64,000 nt of DNA, taken from positions 10,602,001-10,666,000 of the forward strand of contig OX597837.1 of assembly GCA_951406725.2 (NCBI GenBank), written 5' to 3'. Made by a program: the position numbers and the translations under genes. The stretch comes from Octopus vulgaris (Eukaryota). Of the stretch, positions 12,775-29,985 are shown in pieces (within the stretch, counting starts at the first letter, position 1; every line of letters begins with the position of its first letter). The notes beneath the pieces were generated by a model, which saw nothing but the letters and a program-made list of their open reading frames with translations, did not search any database and was not told the DNA's origin.

Positions 12775-12978
12775 TCAAAATGTGAGCGCATGTGTACCGT
12801 TGGCGATTTTTTTCTTCTGTCTTCCCTTCTCTGGATCTTTCTGTCTCCTATGTTTCCGACGAAGAGCTCCGCTCGAAACGTTAAACCCTCCTTCTTTCCT
12901 GAGCGTCCAAAAATTCTATATTTGTTCCACGTCCTCGCGTTGTTGTGTTTTATTGTGCTTTTTTGTTTGGATTAACTT
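12775..12978 (+). mobile_element. Penelope-like pLTR family P2 with minimal hammerhead motif (12852-12886)
   Basis: gttt-CCGACGA-A-gagc-tcc-gctc-GAAA-cg-TT-aaac; tail ..ggattaact runs into (TA)n; other copies at 24337, 35085 and 39827. Confidence 0.7.
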
Positions 12979-13019
12979 ATATATATATATATATATATAT
13001 ATACCGTGTATCATATACA

Positions 13020-13182
13020 AGGCGTGGGTGTATGGGTAAGATGTTGGCATTGCAAACCAGATGGTTCCAGTTTCCAGTCCCATTGCATGAAGACACCCAG
13101 AGGAAATTTTTTCAGCAATATTCTCGAGCCAACCGAGGCCTTGTGAGTGGATCTGCAGAACTGAAACTGAAAGAAGCCTGCC
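13020..13182 (+). mobile_element. SINE family A, old 5' half
   Basis: Diverged match to the A head and body. Confidence 0.7.
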
Positions 13183-13239
13183 TCTCACTATATTTCTCTC
13201 TCTTTCTCTATTGATGTATATGTTTTCCCGCGCGCATGT

Positions 13240-15723
<2,484 letters not shown>

Positions 15724-15748
15724 ATATAGATATGTATATATACACATA

Positions 15749-15782
<34 letters not shown>

Positions 15783-16436
15783 CATATTCTTACCTACATA
15801 CGTGCATTCATTTGAAATACTATATAATATGCAGATAATGTTATCAAACGTTTGTTGATGTGATATCAAACACGTTTATCGAATATATTTATATATTTTG
15901 TTATATCTACTCCATAATGTTGTCAGGTGATTATAGTTGTAACAAAAAAAAAAAAAGAATCGTCAAAGAGATCGAAATAAAAAGCCGCTTAAATAAACCG
16001 CTTAATGTGATCACCTTGCTACAGAGCCTTATTCGCGAGAAGATAATGGCTTACTTATTTATATTTTACTTGTTTCGGTCATTTGACTGCGGCCATGCTG
16101 GGGCAACGTCTTGAAGGGATTCGAGTCGAAGAAATCGACACCCCAGGATTTATTACTTTTCAAGGCTTTGGTACTTCTTTCTATCGGGCTGTTTTGCAGA
16201 AACCGCTACGTTACACGGACGTAAACACACCAACACCGGTTGACAAGCAATGGTGAGGGACAATAATAGAAACAAATACGCAAGTAAAAGATAAAGGGAT
16301 TCTCATAAATAAAAAAACGACAGGTTTGAGATAAAACTTTAAGCATAAAGTAAAGAAGCGTTGAAAGGACGGACGACTTGGAAATCCTAACTGGCAGATT
16401 AGCATGGGCGATTACAATAAACGAATTTTCAGGCCG

Positions 16437-16473
<37 letters not shown>

Positions 16474-16565
16474 ATTTATATCTTTTTTGTTTCACCCTTT
16501 TTTTTAATTTGTTTCAGAGATTTGACCGCGGCCATGTTTTGTGTGTGTGTGTGCCTATGTGTATA

Positions 16566-16620
<55 letters not shown>

Positions 16621-16679
16621 TGAAAATAATTAATGAGTGCATGCGTTACATAAATATTTTCAGGATTAAATAGACAACA

Positions 16680-16879
<200 letters not shown>

Positions 16880-17355
16880 GTATATATGTATATATATATA
16901 TATACATATATGTATATATATATACACACATATATATATACACATATATGCATAATATACACACATATATGCATATATATACACACATATATACATATAT
17001 ATACACATATATGCATATATATACACATATATCCATATATGTATACACATATATGTATATATATATAAACATATATATATATATATATACACATGTATGT
17101 ATATATATATATACATACATGTATACATATACATACATGTATACATATATGTATACATATGTATATATATATATACACATATGTATATATATTCATATAC
17201 ATATATATATATATAGGTAGATATTTATATATAGATAAATAGATAGGTAATGTATGTTTATGTATTTAAATATATTACATATACATGCAATATATTATAC
17301 ACACACTCATATACATATATGCATGCTTGCATATATATATATATATATGCATGCT

Positions 17356-17390
<35 letters not shown>

Positions 17391-17519
17391 CACCCATTTT
17401 ATATATAAACACTATATATATTATATACACATATGCGCCCATAAACATGCATACACACATATATATATTATACATGCATGTATATACACACATGTACGTG
17501 CGCGCGCGCGTAACATGTG

Positions 17520-17564
<45 letters not shown>

Positions 17565-17939
17565 GGGGATTAAATTAACAGTGGAGTAGGGAGGAGGGGG
17601 GAAGGATCTTAACGCACAACTCTGTTGAAGAAGAGAGATGGTAGCGGGAGGAGTAGGAGTAACAGTGCTACGACTGCTGCTGCTGCTACTTGGCTGCTGT
17701 TAGATGCCAAGCAAGGCTGTACGGGGAGAGGGGAGGGTAACAGTTACATGTTTGCGTATATATATATATGTGTGTTGTGTGAGAGTGTGCGTGTGTCTGT
17801 ATGTGTATGTGCGTGTATGCTGTGTATGTGTGTGCGTGTTTGCGTGAGCGCGCGAGTAAATGGGAAGGGGAGGAAGGTAAGGTTGCATAGTAAAGGAGGG
17901 GGAAGTAGGTGGGACGTGATCGGGGAGTGGGGTGCTTAC

Positions 17940-18065
17940 AACTCTGGGTTCATTCAGAGTTCACTTGCTGGGGATTTTTCATTCATAACGCAGTTTCGTG
18001 TGACGTCATGAGTAACTCGCACGCGCGCGCGCGCCCCACTGCGTTCACCCAAAGGCACACGTGAA
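17940..18065. promoter_or_regulatory. Candidate enhancer: DR5, kB-like site, CRE, AP-1-like site and E-box in a CpG-rich unique island
   Basis: GGTTCA-ttcag-AGTTCA 17947-17963; gggatttttc 17971-17980; TGACGTCA 18001-18008; TGAGTAA 18009-18015; CACGTG 18058-18063. Confidence 0.45.
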
Positions 18066-18701
18066 TGCATACACATGTCAGATACGTACACACACACACA
18101 CACACACGCACGCACACACTCGCTCGCGCACGCATACACAGTCACCTACTTACAAATGAACGTACGCATGGATGTGGATGTATATGTATGTACACCGTTT
18201 CTGTGCTTTCCTGTATGCGAACTTCGTTCAGTGGCTCTTTGTACATGTATATGTGTGTGTTTGTGTGTTACGAATATATTATGTCTCTGTATGTATCGTA
18301 ATGCGTACGTCGAGGCTTGCACGCATATGTGCGTGTATACATGTGTATATGTGTGTGTGTGAGAGAGTGTGTAAGAGTGTGTGTGTGTAGAGAGAGAGAG
18401 ACAGACAGATAGATATTATACTCATAATACTTACTATATAAATATTGGATGTGTGTGTATATACGTACAAAATTAGCATATATATAAATATATATATATG
18501 TATATGTGTGTGTATATATATATGTGTGTGTGTGTAATATATATATATATGTGTTTGTGTAAGTATCAGACGTGTGTATGTATCAAACATGTGCCTATAT
18601 ATATGTGTGTGTGTGTATGTATATGTATGTATTGTGTGTACATTACATATATAACTATTCATCTCTCTATATATATTTATATATATATATATATATATAC
18701 A

Positions 18702-18738
<37 letters not shown>

Positions 18739-18782
18739 GTGTTCACGCATATTTATATATATACGTATGTATAAAATGTATG

Positions 18783-18814
<32 letters not shown>

Positions 18815-18836
18815 CCTGTACATCATCTCCAAACCT

Positions 18837-18871
<35 letters not shown>

Positions 18872-18875
<4 letters not shown>

Positions 18876-19274
18876 GGAGTGGCTGTGTGGTAAGTAGCTT
18901 CATTACCAACCACATGGTTTCGGGTTCAGTCCCACTGCGTGGCACCTTGGGCAACTGTCTTCTACTATAGCCTCGGGCCGACCAAAGCCTTGTGAGTGGA
19001 TTTGGTAGACGGAAACTGAAAGAAGCCGGTCGTATATATGTATGTGCGTGTATGTTTGTGTGTCTTTGTTTGTCCCCCACTAGCATTGCTTGACAACCGA
19101 TGCTGGTGTGTTTATGTCCGCCGTCACTTAGCGGTTCGGCAAAAGAAACCGATAGAATAAGTACTGGGCTTACAACAAAAGAATAAGTCCCGGGGTCGAG
19201 TTGCTCGACTAAAGGCGGTGCTCCAGCATGGCCGCAGTCAAATGACTGAAACAAGTAAAAGAGTAAAAGAGAGT
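18872..19274 (+). mobile_element. SINE family A, full length
   Basis: Match to the A consensus. Confidence 0.93.
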
Positions 19275-19362
19275 ATATATATATATATGTATGTATTGTG
19301 TGTACAGTACATATATAACTATTCATGTCTCTCTATATATATTTATATATATATATACATGC

Positions 19363-19405
<43 letters not shown>

Positions 19406-19918
19406 GTGTTCACGCATATTTATATATACGTATGCATAAAATGCATGTACATGTATATACATATATATATGTACATCTATAATATATATATATATATATA
19501 TATATCACACTCGTGCGCGTACGCACACACTCACACACACACTCGATATGTTGCGGTGCCTACGTAACCAGCTGATCATATTTCGCTTCTTACAAACATT
19601 CTCTCTCTCTCTCTCTCTCTTCTCTCATACACACACGCTATCTATATCTCCCTCTCTCAAACCCTTCTTTATCTACTCTTTCCCTTTTTTCTCCCTCAAT
19701 TCCTTCGATTGTTTTTCTACTCCGAACCCCTCCCCAGCCCCCACTTTCTGTTTCTTATTTGTTTCTTTCTTCTCTTTCCTCCCCCTCTTCCTATCTCCAT
19801 CCCCTCCGTGTAACCTGTTTTTTTCCCTCCTACCACAAATTATTCCTCTTTGTCCTTCAGATTCCCATCAACCCCTTTTTTCTTCTTTTCCCTCTTTTAG
19901 CATATAATACACACACAA

Positions 19919-19958
<40 letters not shown>

Positions 19959-20074
19959 GCGCACAAAAACACATTCATGCATATATATATATATATAGGT
20001 TTAGGGTTCCACTATATATGTATGTATGTATATATATATATGTATATATAAATATATATGTAGGTATATGTAAA

Positions 20075-20120
<46 letters not shown>

Positions 20121-20170
20121 TACATATGTGTATATACGAATATATTGATATGTAAATATATCTACATGTA

Positions 20171-20206
<36 letters not shown>

Positions 20207-20290
20207 TATATACATATATATATATGCATGTAGATATATATGTATATATATATATATATATATATGTCTGTGTGTGTGTATACATATATA

Positions 20291-20328
<38 letters not shown>

Positions 20329-20686
20329 TACATTTATACATATATATATATATACATATACACACACACACACACACATATATATATACATGTGTATATA
20401 TATACACATATATATATACATAAACCATGTATGTGTTTCTGTTTATGAATATATGCGCATACATACATACACACACACAAACACCCGGACACACACACCT
20501 ATTGTGCAATGTCCCGTAACCTCTGCCCTGGCGACAAATGGCTATTCATACTTATCCACTACAACTAGAAGTTGTAAATACACACACACACACACACACA
20601 CACATACACATACATGTACGCGAATAATTATTTGCATGGCTTTTGTATATATATGCATATAGATATATATAAACATATATATATGT

Positions 20687-20725
<39 letters not shown>

Positions 20726-20914
20726 CAATATACATACATATATATATATACAATATACATACATACATATATATATACAATATACATACATACATATATA
20801 TATAGAATATACATACATATATATATATATACATTATACATACATACATATATATATATACAATATACATACATATATATATATATATTATACAATATAC
20901 ATACATATATATAT

Positions 20915-20950
<36 letters not shown>

Positions 20951-21054
20951 ATACATACATACATATATATATAATACACATATATATACATATATATATA
21001 CATAACATGTATATATATATACATACATATATATATATACACATATATATATAC

Positions 21055-21129
<75 letters not shown>

Positions 21130-21479
21130 GCCATTATGTATCCACTACCACCATCACTACATCTATTACTACTACTACTACTACTACTACTACTACAAAT
21201 GTTACACCACCACCGCCACCACCCTATCACTCAACAGTCACCGAGGTCAGTAATGCTGTCGCCATATCTTCTCGTCATTTTCATTTTCATTGTAATTTCA
21301 CTCTAAATAATCCATCCGATTTTCATTCTAAAAAGTTCCATTTTAACCCCCAAATCATTGTGCTGTCCCCATCTGTGTTAATCCTTATGGATAATAAAGA
21401 AATTATATCTTCTCGTCAAAATGCCCCTTCGTTCCAGTCGCATGTCTTTTTTCTTAGTGTCAACGTATATGTAAGTATC

Positions 21480-21655
21480 GTCCAGTAAATCAAAAGTCCG
21501 AAGAAGAACACTCCAAGCCATATAGAACAGTAGGATATTATATATAGGATAAAGACAGATACGGCCGGTCCATGGGGTTGCCCAGGGTTTCACGTCCATA
21601 AAGCGCCTGGCTTTACGACTCTTTTTCAGGCCCTAAACCCGTTAGCCTAAAACCC
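21480..21655 (-). mobile_element. Penelope-like pLTR family P3 with degenerate hammerhead (21575-21633)
   Basis: CTGAAAA..gtcgtaaagc/gctttatggac..GAAA-ccctggg-CA-accc; related to 55687-55827. Confidence 0.5.
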
Positions 21656-21685
21656 CTATCTCAATTTGTATATATATATATATAT

Positions 21686-21883
21686 ACTCTCTTTACTCTT
21701 TTACTTGTTTCAGTCATTTGACTGCGGCCATGCTGGAGCACCGCCTTTAGTCGAGCAAATCGACCCCGGGACTTATTCTTTGTAAGCCCAGTACTTATTC
21801 TATCGTTCTCTTTTTGCCGAACCGCTAAGTGACGGGGACGTAAACACACCAGCATCGGTTGTTAAGCAATGCTAGGGGGACAA

Positions 21884-21916
<33 letters not shown>

Positions 21917-22085
21917 CATATATACGACAGGCTTCTTTCAGTTTCCGTCTACCAAATCCACTCACAAGGCATTGGTCGGCCCGGGGCTATAGCAGAAGAC
22001 ACTTGCCCAAGATGCCACGCAGTGGGACTGAACCCACAACCATGTGGTTGGTTAGAAAGCTACTTACCACACAGCCACTCCTGCG

Positions 22086-22088
<3 letters not shown>
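21686..22088 (-). mobile_element. SINE family A, full length
   Basis: Match to the A consensus. Confidence 0.93.
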
Positions 22089-22160
<72 letters not shown>

Positions 22161-22338
22161 ATATATATATATGTATATATATGTGTGTGTGTATGTGTAT
22201 ATATATATACATATATATATATACACATATACATATACACATATATATGAAGATGTAGAGGATCAATACATACAAGCATGCGTGAGAACGTCTGTTATAG
22301 AATATATGTCCGTTTCGTCCCATTTACCATCCACTGGA

Positions 22339-22387
22339 CAGTCCGATGAAGGCTGGGTAGACCGAAGCCTCGAAATCCGTGTCACCA
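22339..22387 (+). ncRNA. Degenerate hammerhead-like motif
   Basis: CCGATGA-aggct..agcct-c-GAAA-tccgtg-TC-acc; U4 mutated, stem I weak. Confidence 0.4.
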
Positions 22388-22550
22388 ATATTTTACTAAA
22401 ATTTCAATACGTTCTCTAAAGAAAGTATTCACCAATCCTATTAGTTAAGTTTAATATCAAATTGTTTTCATTATAAGTCGAGGGAAAAAAACTATATATA
22501 CATTTATATCCATACGTGCACTTACACTCTTTTCGAAATGGGAATATATG

Positions 22551-22603
<53 letters not shown>

Positions 22604-22664
22604 ATATTTATATAACTGGTTACTATTATCCCTATGGTTAACCGGAATAAAAAAAATATACGTA

Positions 22665-22720
<56 letters not shown>

Positions 22721-22887
22721 ATGTATATACATTTATATATATATACGTATACATATATATAAACACATATATATGCATATATATTTATATATATATACGT
22801 ATATATATACATATATATATATATATGTAGGTCCCGGGTTGAGTCGGGGTTAACCACAGTAAATAAGGTACTCAATACATGGCATAC

Positions 22888-22928
<41 letters not shown>

Positions 22929-23201
22929 AGTGTATATACATACATATATAATACATAAATGCATATATATATATATATATGTATATTTATATGTATATCT
23001 ATATATATTTATATATACATATATATAATCCGGACACACACACACACACACAGATATATATACATATTTGTATACTTCTATATACATACATATATATGTA
23101 TGTGTATATATATGTGTATACATATGTATATATTTATGCACGTATGTGTAATATATATATGTAGGTTTATAATAGATATAAATATATGTGTGTGTGTGAG
23201 T

Positions 23202-23233
<32 letters not shown>

Positions 23234-23234
23234 C

Positions 23235-23302
<68 letters not shown>

Positions 23303-23507
23303 GACTACATTTAAAAAAGTTTAACCTCTAAATTTAGTCCATTTTCCGCTTGATTCTGTCATATTTGCCGTTTTTAGATTTTTGTATTATCGTCACCATG
23401 GAAATATTTTTGCCTTTTCTTTCTTTCTGTTTTTTTTTTTATTGCTTATCATAAAATAATATCTACAAGCAAACAATTACGGAACAATTGAAAATAATAT
23501 AACATAT

Positions 23508-23910
23508 AGGCGCAGGAGTGGCTGTGTGGTAAGTAGCTTGCTAACCAACCACATGGTTCCGGGTTCAATCCCACTGCGTGGCATCTTGGGCAAGTGTCTT
23601 CTGCTATAGCCCCGGGCCGACCAATGCCTTGTGAGTGGATGTGGTAGACGGAAACTGAAAGAAGCCTGTCGTATATATGTATATTTATATGTGTGTGTGT
23701 TTGTGTGTCTGTGTTTGTCCCCCTAGCATTGCTTGACAACCGATGCTGGTATGTTTACGTCCCCGTCAGCTAGCGGTTCGGCAAAAGAGACCGATAGAAT
23801 AAGTACTGGGCTTACAAAGAATAAGTCCCGGGTTCGATTTGCTCGACTAAAGGCGGTGCTCCAGCATGGCCGCAGTCAAGTGACTGAAACAAGTAAAAGA
23901 GTAAAAGAGT
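23508..23910 (+). mobile_element. SINE family A, full length, flanked by a 39-bp direct repeat
   Basis: Direct repeat at 23467-23505 and 23911-23949 with 2 mismatches. Confidence 0.95.
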
Positions 23911-24278
23911 AAGTAAACAATTACGGAACAATTGAAAATAAAATAACATTACACCGGAATCTAAGCTTCCAGAGTCTTTAATTCTTTGAAATGTTAAGAA
24001 TTTCACAATTCCACTGGAATATTCTATTTGTTTATTGTATAATTTATTCGTTTATTTGTCTGTTTGTTTGTTTTTAGAAATAAATTAATGACAATTGACA
24101 AATTAACTGCCGCCATTTTAATTCGTCGTGAACACGGAAACATCTCGAATGATTCCATTGGTGTCGAGCCATTCTAAAGTTTTGAAAGTTATTCAAGAGA
24201 CAAAAATCGTGGCCGAGTAGTTAAGAATCCCGCTTCGCAAGCAAGCGGTTGCGGGTTCAGTCTCCCTGCTGTGTGGTA

Positions 24279-24336
<58 letters not shown>

Positions 24337-24340
<4 letters not shown>

Positions 24341-24548
24341 AATGTGACCGCGTGTGTACCATTGGCGATTTTTTTTCCTCCGCCTTCCCTTCTCTGGATC
24401 TTTCCTTTTCCTATGTTTCTGACGAAGAGCTCTGCACGAAACGTTAAACCCTCCTTCTTCCCTTCCTTCCTGAACGTCCAATGATACTATAATTGTTCCA
24501 CGTCCTCGCGTTGTTGTGTTTTGTCTTTGTGTTTTCATGTTTGGATTA

Positions 24549-24552
<4 letters not shown>
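24337..24552 (+). mobile_element. Penelope-like pLTR family P2 within (TA)n; hammerhead core intact (24415-24449)
   Basis: gttt-CTGACGA-A-gagc-tct-gcac-GAAA-cg-TT-aaac. Confidence 0.72.
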
Positions 24553-24586
<34 letters not shown>

Positions 24587-25059
24587 CATATATATATATA
24601 TACATACATACATATATATATATACATACATACATACATATATATATACATACATACATATACATACATACATACATATATATATACATACATACATATA
24701 CATACATACATACATATATATACATACATACATATACATACATACATACATACATATATATACATACATACATATACATACACACATACATACAAATATA
24801 TACATACATACATATATATATACACACACACACATATATATACATACATACATATATATATACACACACACACACATATATATACATACATATATATATA
24901 TATATACACACACACACATATATATACATACATATATATATATACACACACACACATATATATATACATACATACATATATATATACACACACACACACA
25001 CATATATATATACATACATACATATATATATACACACACACATATATATACACACACAC

Positions 25060-25112
<53 letters not shown>

Positions 25113-25120
25113 TATACATA

Positions 25121-26093
25121 TAAATCCTTAAATCCTTAAAAATGATTTAGCCCGGAGGCCGCGGCCATGCTGGGGCACAACCGCTGAATGAGCTACACTA
25201 ATTTGTGAATCCACCTCTGATACGTGGCACTTGATCAACAAGGGAGTTCGATGCTGCTGCCCGCATCCACGTCTCCTGTCGTGAGGTAGGTTCATCTGGG
25301 ACTCCCGACAAGAAGAGATCCAGTTTAGTTTTAAAGAAACCCACATCCACACCATGTAAGTCTCTCAGGCATTTAGGGAGGATGTTAAAGAGCTGTGGTC
25401 CTCTGAAACCCAAGCTGTTGCAGTATCTGGACCTGTATTTTGATGGTGATGTTGGAATACTTGGCACCATGCAGTGGCGCCCGTTCTGCGGTTGGGGTAA
25501 CTTTGAATGCCAAAGCTTGGGACAAGACCCTCCAGGATTTTCCAGATGTATATCACCGCATATCTCTCCCGCCTCCGCTCTAGGGAGAAGAGGTTTAATA
25601 CCTTCAGTCTTTCCCAGTAGCTGATATTTTGCATTGAGACGATTTTCTTTGTGTTGCTTCGAGTTCTGCTGTTAGTTTTATATTGTGTGGTGACCACAGT
25701 TGGGAGCAGTAGTCCAAGCGGCTGAGGACGAATGTTTTCCATAGGACCATCAGTGTCTCCTCTCTTGTTCTGAAAGTTCGGAGAATCCATCCAGCTAGCC
25801 GTCTGCATTTTATCACCAGATTAGCAATATGCATGTCAATGCCCAGGTCACGCACTGATTTTGACTCAGGGATTGCAATTCTTCCTGGGCCAGTGTATCC
25901 AGTCTTCACGTCGTTTACCTTTGTGTGCCAGTAGCGCAGGGCCTGGAACTTACCTGCATTAAACTGCATTTGTTGTCCTCAGCCCACCTGTATATTGTGT
26001 CCAGCTCCTGTTGCAGATGCGCAATATTTTCAGGGTTTTGTATTGCGTGGGAGACTTTTGTGTCATCTGCATAGCTAGCAAGAGTGGTCATCG
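25121..26093 (-). mobile_element. 5'-truncated CR1/L2-group LINE (frameshifted RT C-terminal part plus 3' tail)
   Basis: [64 protein letters not shown] and FKTKLDLFLSGVPDEP spread over several frameshifted ORFs; ends in (TTTAAGGA)n. Confidence 0.92.
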
Positions 26094-26100
26094 TATATAC

Positions 26101-26133
<33 letters not shown>

Positions 26134-26225
26134 CATATATATATACATATATATATATACATATACATATACATATACACATACATATACATACATACAT
26201 ACATACATATATATATACATACATA

Positions 26226-26257
<32 letters not shown>

Positions 26258-26304
26258 CATATATATATACATACATATATATATACATACATACATATAT
26301 ATAC

Positions 26305-26349
<45 letters not shown>

Positions 26350-26350
26350 C

Positions 26351-26398
<48 letters not shown>

Positions 26399-26652
26399 CA
26401 TATTTATATAGTATAAAATAATATTTGGAAGAAGAAATACAAAAAGTTTTTTAAACTTATTATTTCCAGTGACCAGGTAGCAGAATGTGTGACGCAAATT
26501 TTGACACCAGATAAGGAATACCTAAAGAAAGTCACCGAATATCGACTACTTTTGAATTGCTAAGATGTGTCTTCTTCTTTATTGTAACTATTTTTGTTTC
26601 AATCCATTGCAAAGAAAGACGATCAAGGAACACGCGGAAAAATTACAACGAC

Positions 26653-26690
<38 letters not shown>

Positions 26691-26989
26691 TAAACATAGT
26701 CTTAAACATATATAGTATGCAGATTAGTAGCTACAGTTCTCCGAAGAGACTAGATGTGATGTGTATATATTCTGAGATTAGTCAAATGATGTAGGCACCT
26801 CTGATAAGACATCAAAAAGGGCTGAAACGACAGTTCATCCAGTTTTCAATAGGTAGAAAGAAATAGGCGCACTTGACATATTTGTATCACAGACAGACGG
26901 ACAGACCGACAGATAGATAGACAGACAGACAGACAGATAGACCGACAGACAGAAAGACCGACAGATTGATAGATGGATGGATAGATAAG

Positions 26990-27197
26990 TTTCTTTATTG
27001 GCCACACAGGGCTACACACAGATAGGACAAGTTACAAGGTAGAGCTTTTCTTTTGGGGGATGAAAAAAAAAAGGTGGCGTAGGTTTTCGATCAAAAGGGA
27101 TCGTAAAAGGGGAAAAAAAAGGGAAAAGAAAAAAAGAAAAAGGGAAAGGAACAAAAGAAAAGAAAAATGAAAAAAGAAGGAAAAAGAGAAAAAAGGG
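26990..27197 (-). mobile_element. LINE 3'UTR fragment ending tggccaataaagaaa, in (TATC)n, copy 1
   Basis: Homologous to 27496-27718 and to the end of 28163-28582. Confidence 0.7.
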
Positions 27198-27243
27198 ATA
27201 GATAGAAAGATGGATGGATGGATGGATGGATGGATGGATAGAT

Positions 27244-27322
<79 letters not shown>

Positions 27323-27330
27323 GATAGATT

Positions 27331-27361
<31 letters not shown>

Positions 27362-27369
27362 GATAGATT

Positions 27370-27753
<384 letters not shown>

Positions 27754-27785
27754 TAGATAGATAGATAGATAGATAGAGTCGCTAT

Positions 27786-27946
<161 letters not shown>

Positions 27947-28162
27947 GTCCTGACAGGTACTGTTCAGACAATCTAGTGCAATCCAAGTTCTAGCTAACAG
28001 CATCGAATGATAATGGAATAACCTGGAACTATTTAATGATTACTAGTAATCCTAATGTATTTCGTCCGATCGATAAATCCAGAGTTCGCTTCGCTGGATT
28101 ATAAACAGTTCAGCGAGTGTATATCCAAGACAATTAAAATTAAGATTATACATCAACACAGA

Positions 28163-28582
28163 TCACAAGGCCTCATCGACTTTTCCAAGTTTCACCTGAA
28201 AAGGAAGATGAGAGTAGAGAGGGAAGTGATGTCTGGTAGCAAGTTTATTGAAAGGTGGATAAATGTCGCAAGAATGACCAGTATGAACGGACCAATTCTG
28301 AGGGTACACCTGTGAAAATTAAAAGGAAATATAAAAGGAGAAAGGGGCTCTCTACCCGCCTTTTGACCAGGGTCCCGTAGCTTTTATGGGTTTTTCCACG
28401 AGAAACCTTTCGAAGCGCTTCCCCCTATTGGGAGTTTTAATTGTTACTTATATTTCGTTGTCATCCTGCTTTTGTACAAGGACTTTTTTCAAACGGACAA
28501 AACCCTTTGTAACTTTCGTCCTGTGTTTTGTCCCTTTATGTTTTAATTGATTTTTGTTAGCCCTTGTGGCCAATAAATGAAC
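28163..28582 (+). mobile_element. Putative L1/Tx1-like LINE 3' end (ORF2 C-terminus plus 3'UTR)
   Basis: GLIDFSKFHLKRKMRVEREVMSGSKFIERW..L* (stop at 28315), then a T-rich UTR ending agcccttgtggccaataaa; clade call is from memory. Confidence 0.5.
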
Positions 28583-28615
28583 GAATTATGATATATGCTG
28601 TATAAATGACTATAA

Positions 28616-28964
28616 TAACAAGGCAACGTCAACGCCCTCTCAACGATTAGTCGGCGATGGTTCTTAAAATGAAAATACCTAAAATAAACTCGATTGCTCA
28701 CACAAACGAGAATATTAATAATGAAACCGACCGCTCTCGAAAGTTAAGTAAAAAGAAAAACAGGAAAAATATATTTCAGAATCCTTGACCAGTACCGGAT
28801 CGATTCCAAAATCTAATCAGTTCATGCCAGTCGTGAGGCCAAACATCCCTGAAAGTTTCATTCGAATCCATCCAGCAGTTTTTGAGAAATCTTTGTCCAC
28901 GGACAAGTGAACAAAACAAACGCGACTGCAAACAATATCCCCAACTCTGAGAAGGCGGAAGTAA
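28616..28964 (+). mobile_element. Helentron-associated (HINE/DINE-1-like) non-autonomous element
   Basis: Starts taacaag, contains aagtttcattcgaatccatccagcagtttttgagaaat, ends ..ggcggaagtaat. Confidence 0.55.
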
Positions 28965-29044
28965 TAATAATAATAAACTGTGTACATGTATAATTCTCCT
29001 TATCTGTTTGAATTGTCATGTGTGAGTGTATGTGTGTGATTTAC

Positions 29045-29084
<40 letters not shown>

Positions 29085-29152
29085 ATATACATATATATAT
29101 ATATACATATATATATATACATACATAAATATACATATATATATACACATAC

Positions 29153-29183
<31 letters not shown>

Positions 29184-29269
29184 CATATACATACATATAT
29201 ATACATACATACATATACATACATACATATATATACATACATATACATACATACATATACATACATACA

Positions 29270-29303
<34 letters not shown>

Positions 29304-29400
29304 CATACATACATATATATACATACATATACATACATACATATATATACATACATATACATACATACATATATATACATACATACATATATATACATAC

Positions 29401-29453
<53 letters not shown>

Positions 29454-29577
29454 TTGTTGCATGGTATACATACCTAATTTTACAACCAGGTATATGCAAG
29501 TATATAGGTTTGCTTATGTATGTATGTATGTATGTACGTATGTATGTATGTATGGTTATAAATATGTATGAAAGTAT

Positions 29578-29739
29578 ACGCGCAGGAGTGGCTGAGTGGT
29601 GAGCAGATTGCTAACCAACCACATGGTTCCGGGTTCAGTCCTACTGCGGGCACCTTGGGCAAGTGTCTTGTACTCTAGCCTCGGGCCAACCCAAGCCTTG
29701 TGAGTTGATTTGGTAGACAGAAGCTGAACGAAGCCCATC

Positions 29740-29803
<64 letters not shown>

Positions 29804-29985
29804 CTGTGTGTGTGTGTGTGTGTGTGTTTATCCACCCACCATCGCTTGACAACCGATGCTAGTGTGTTTACGTCCCTGTAACTTAGCGACTCGGCAAAAG
29901 AGACCGAAAGAATAAGTCCTGGGGTCGAGCAAATCGACACCAGGACATATTCTTTGCAAGCCTAGCACTTATTCTATCGGTCTCT

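Noticed and set aside
26790-26840. Hammerhead-like traces here, at 32945-32965 and at 53670-53705
   Set aside because: Core or stems too degraded to call, although they may be old pLTRs.
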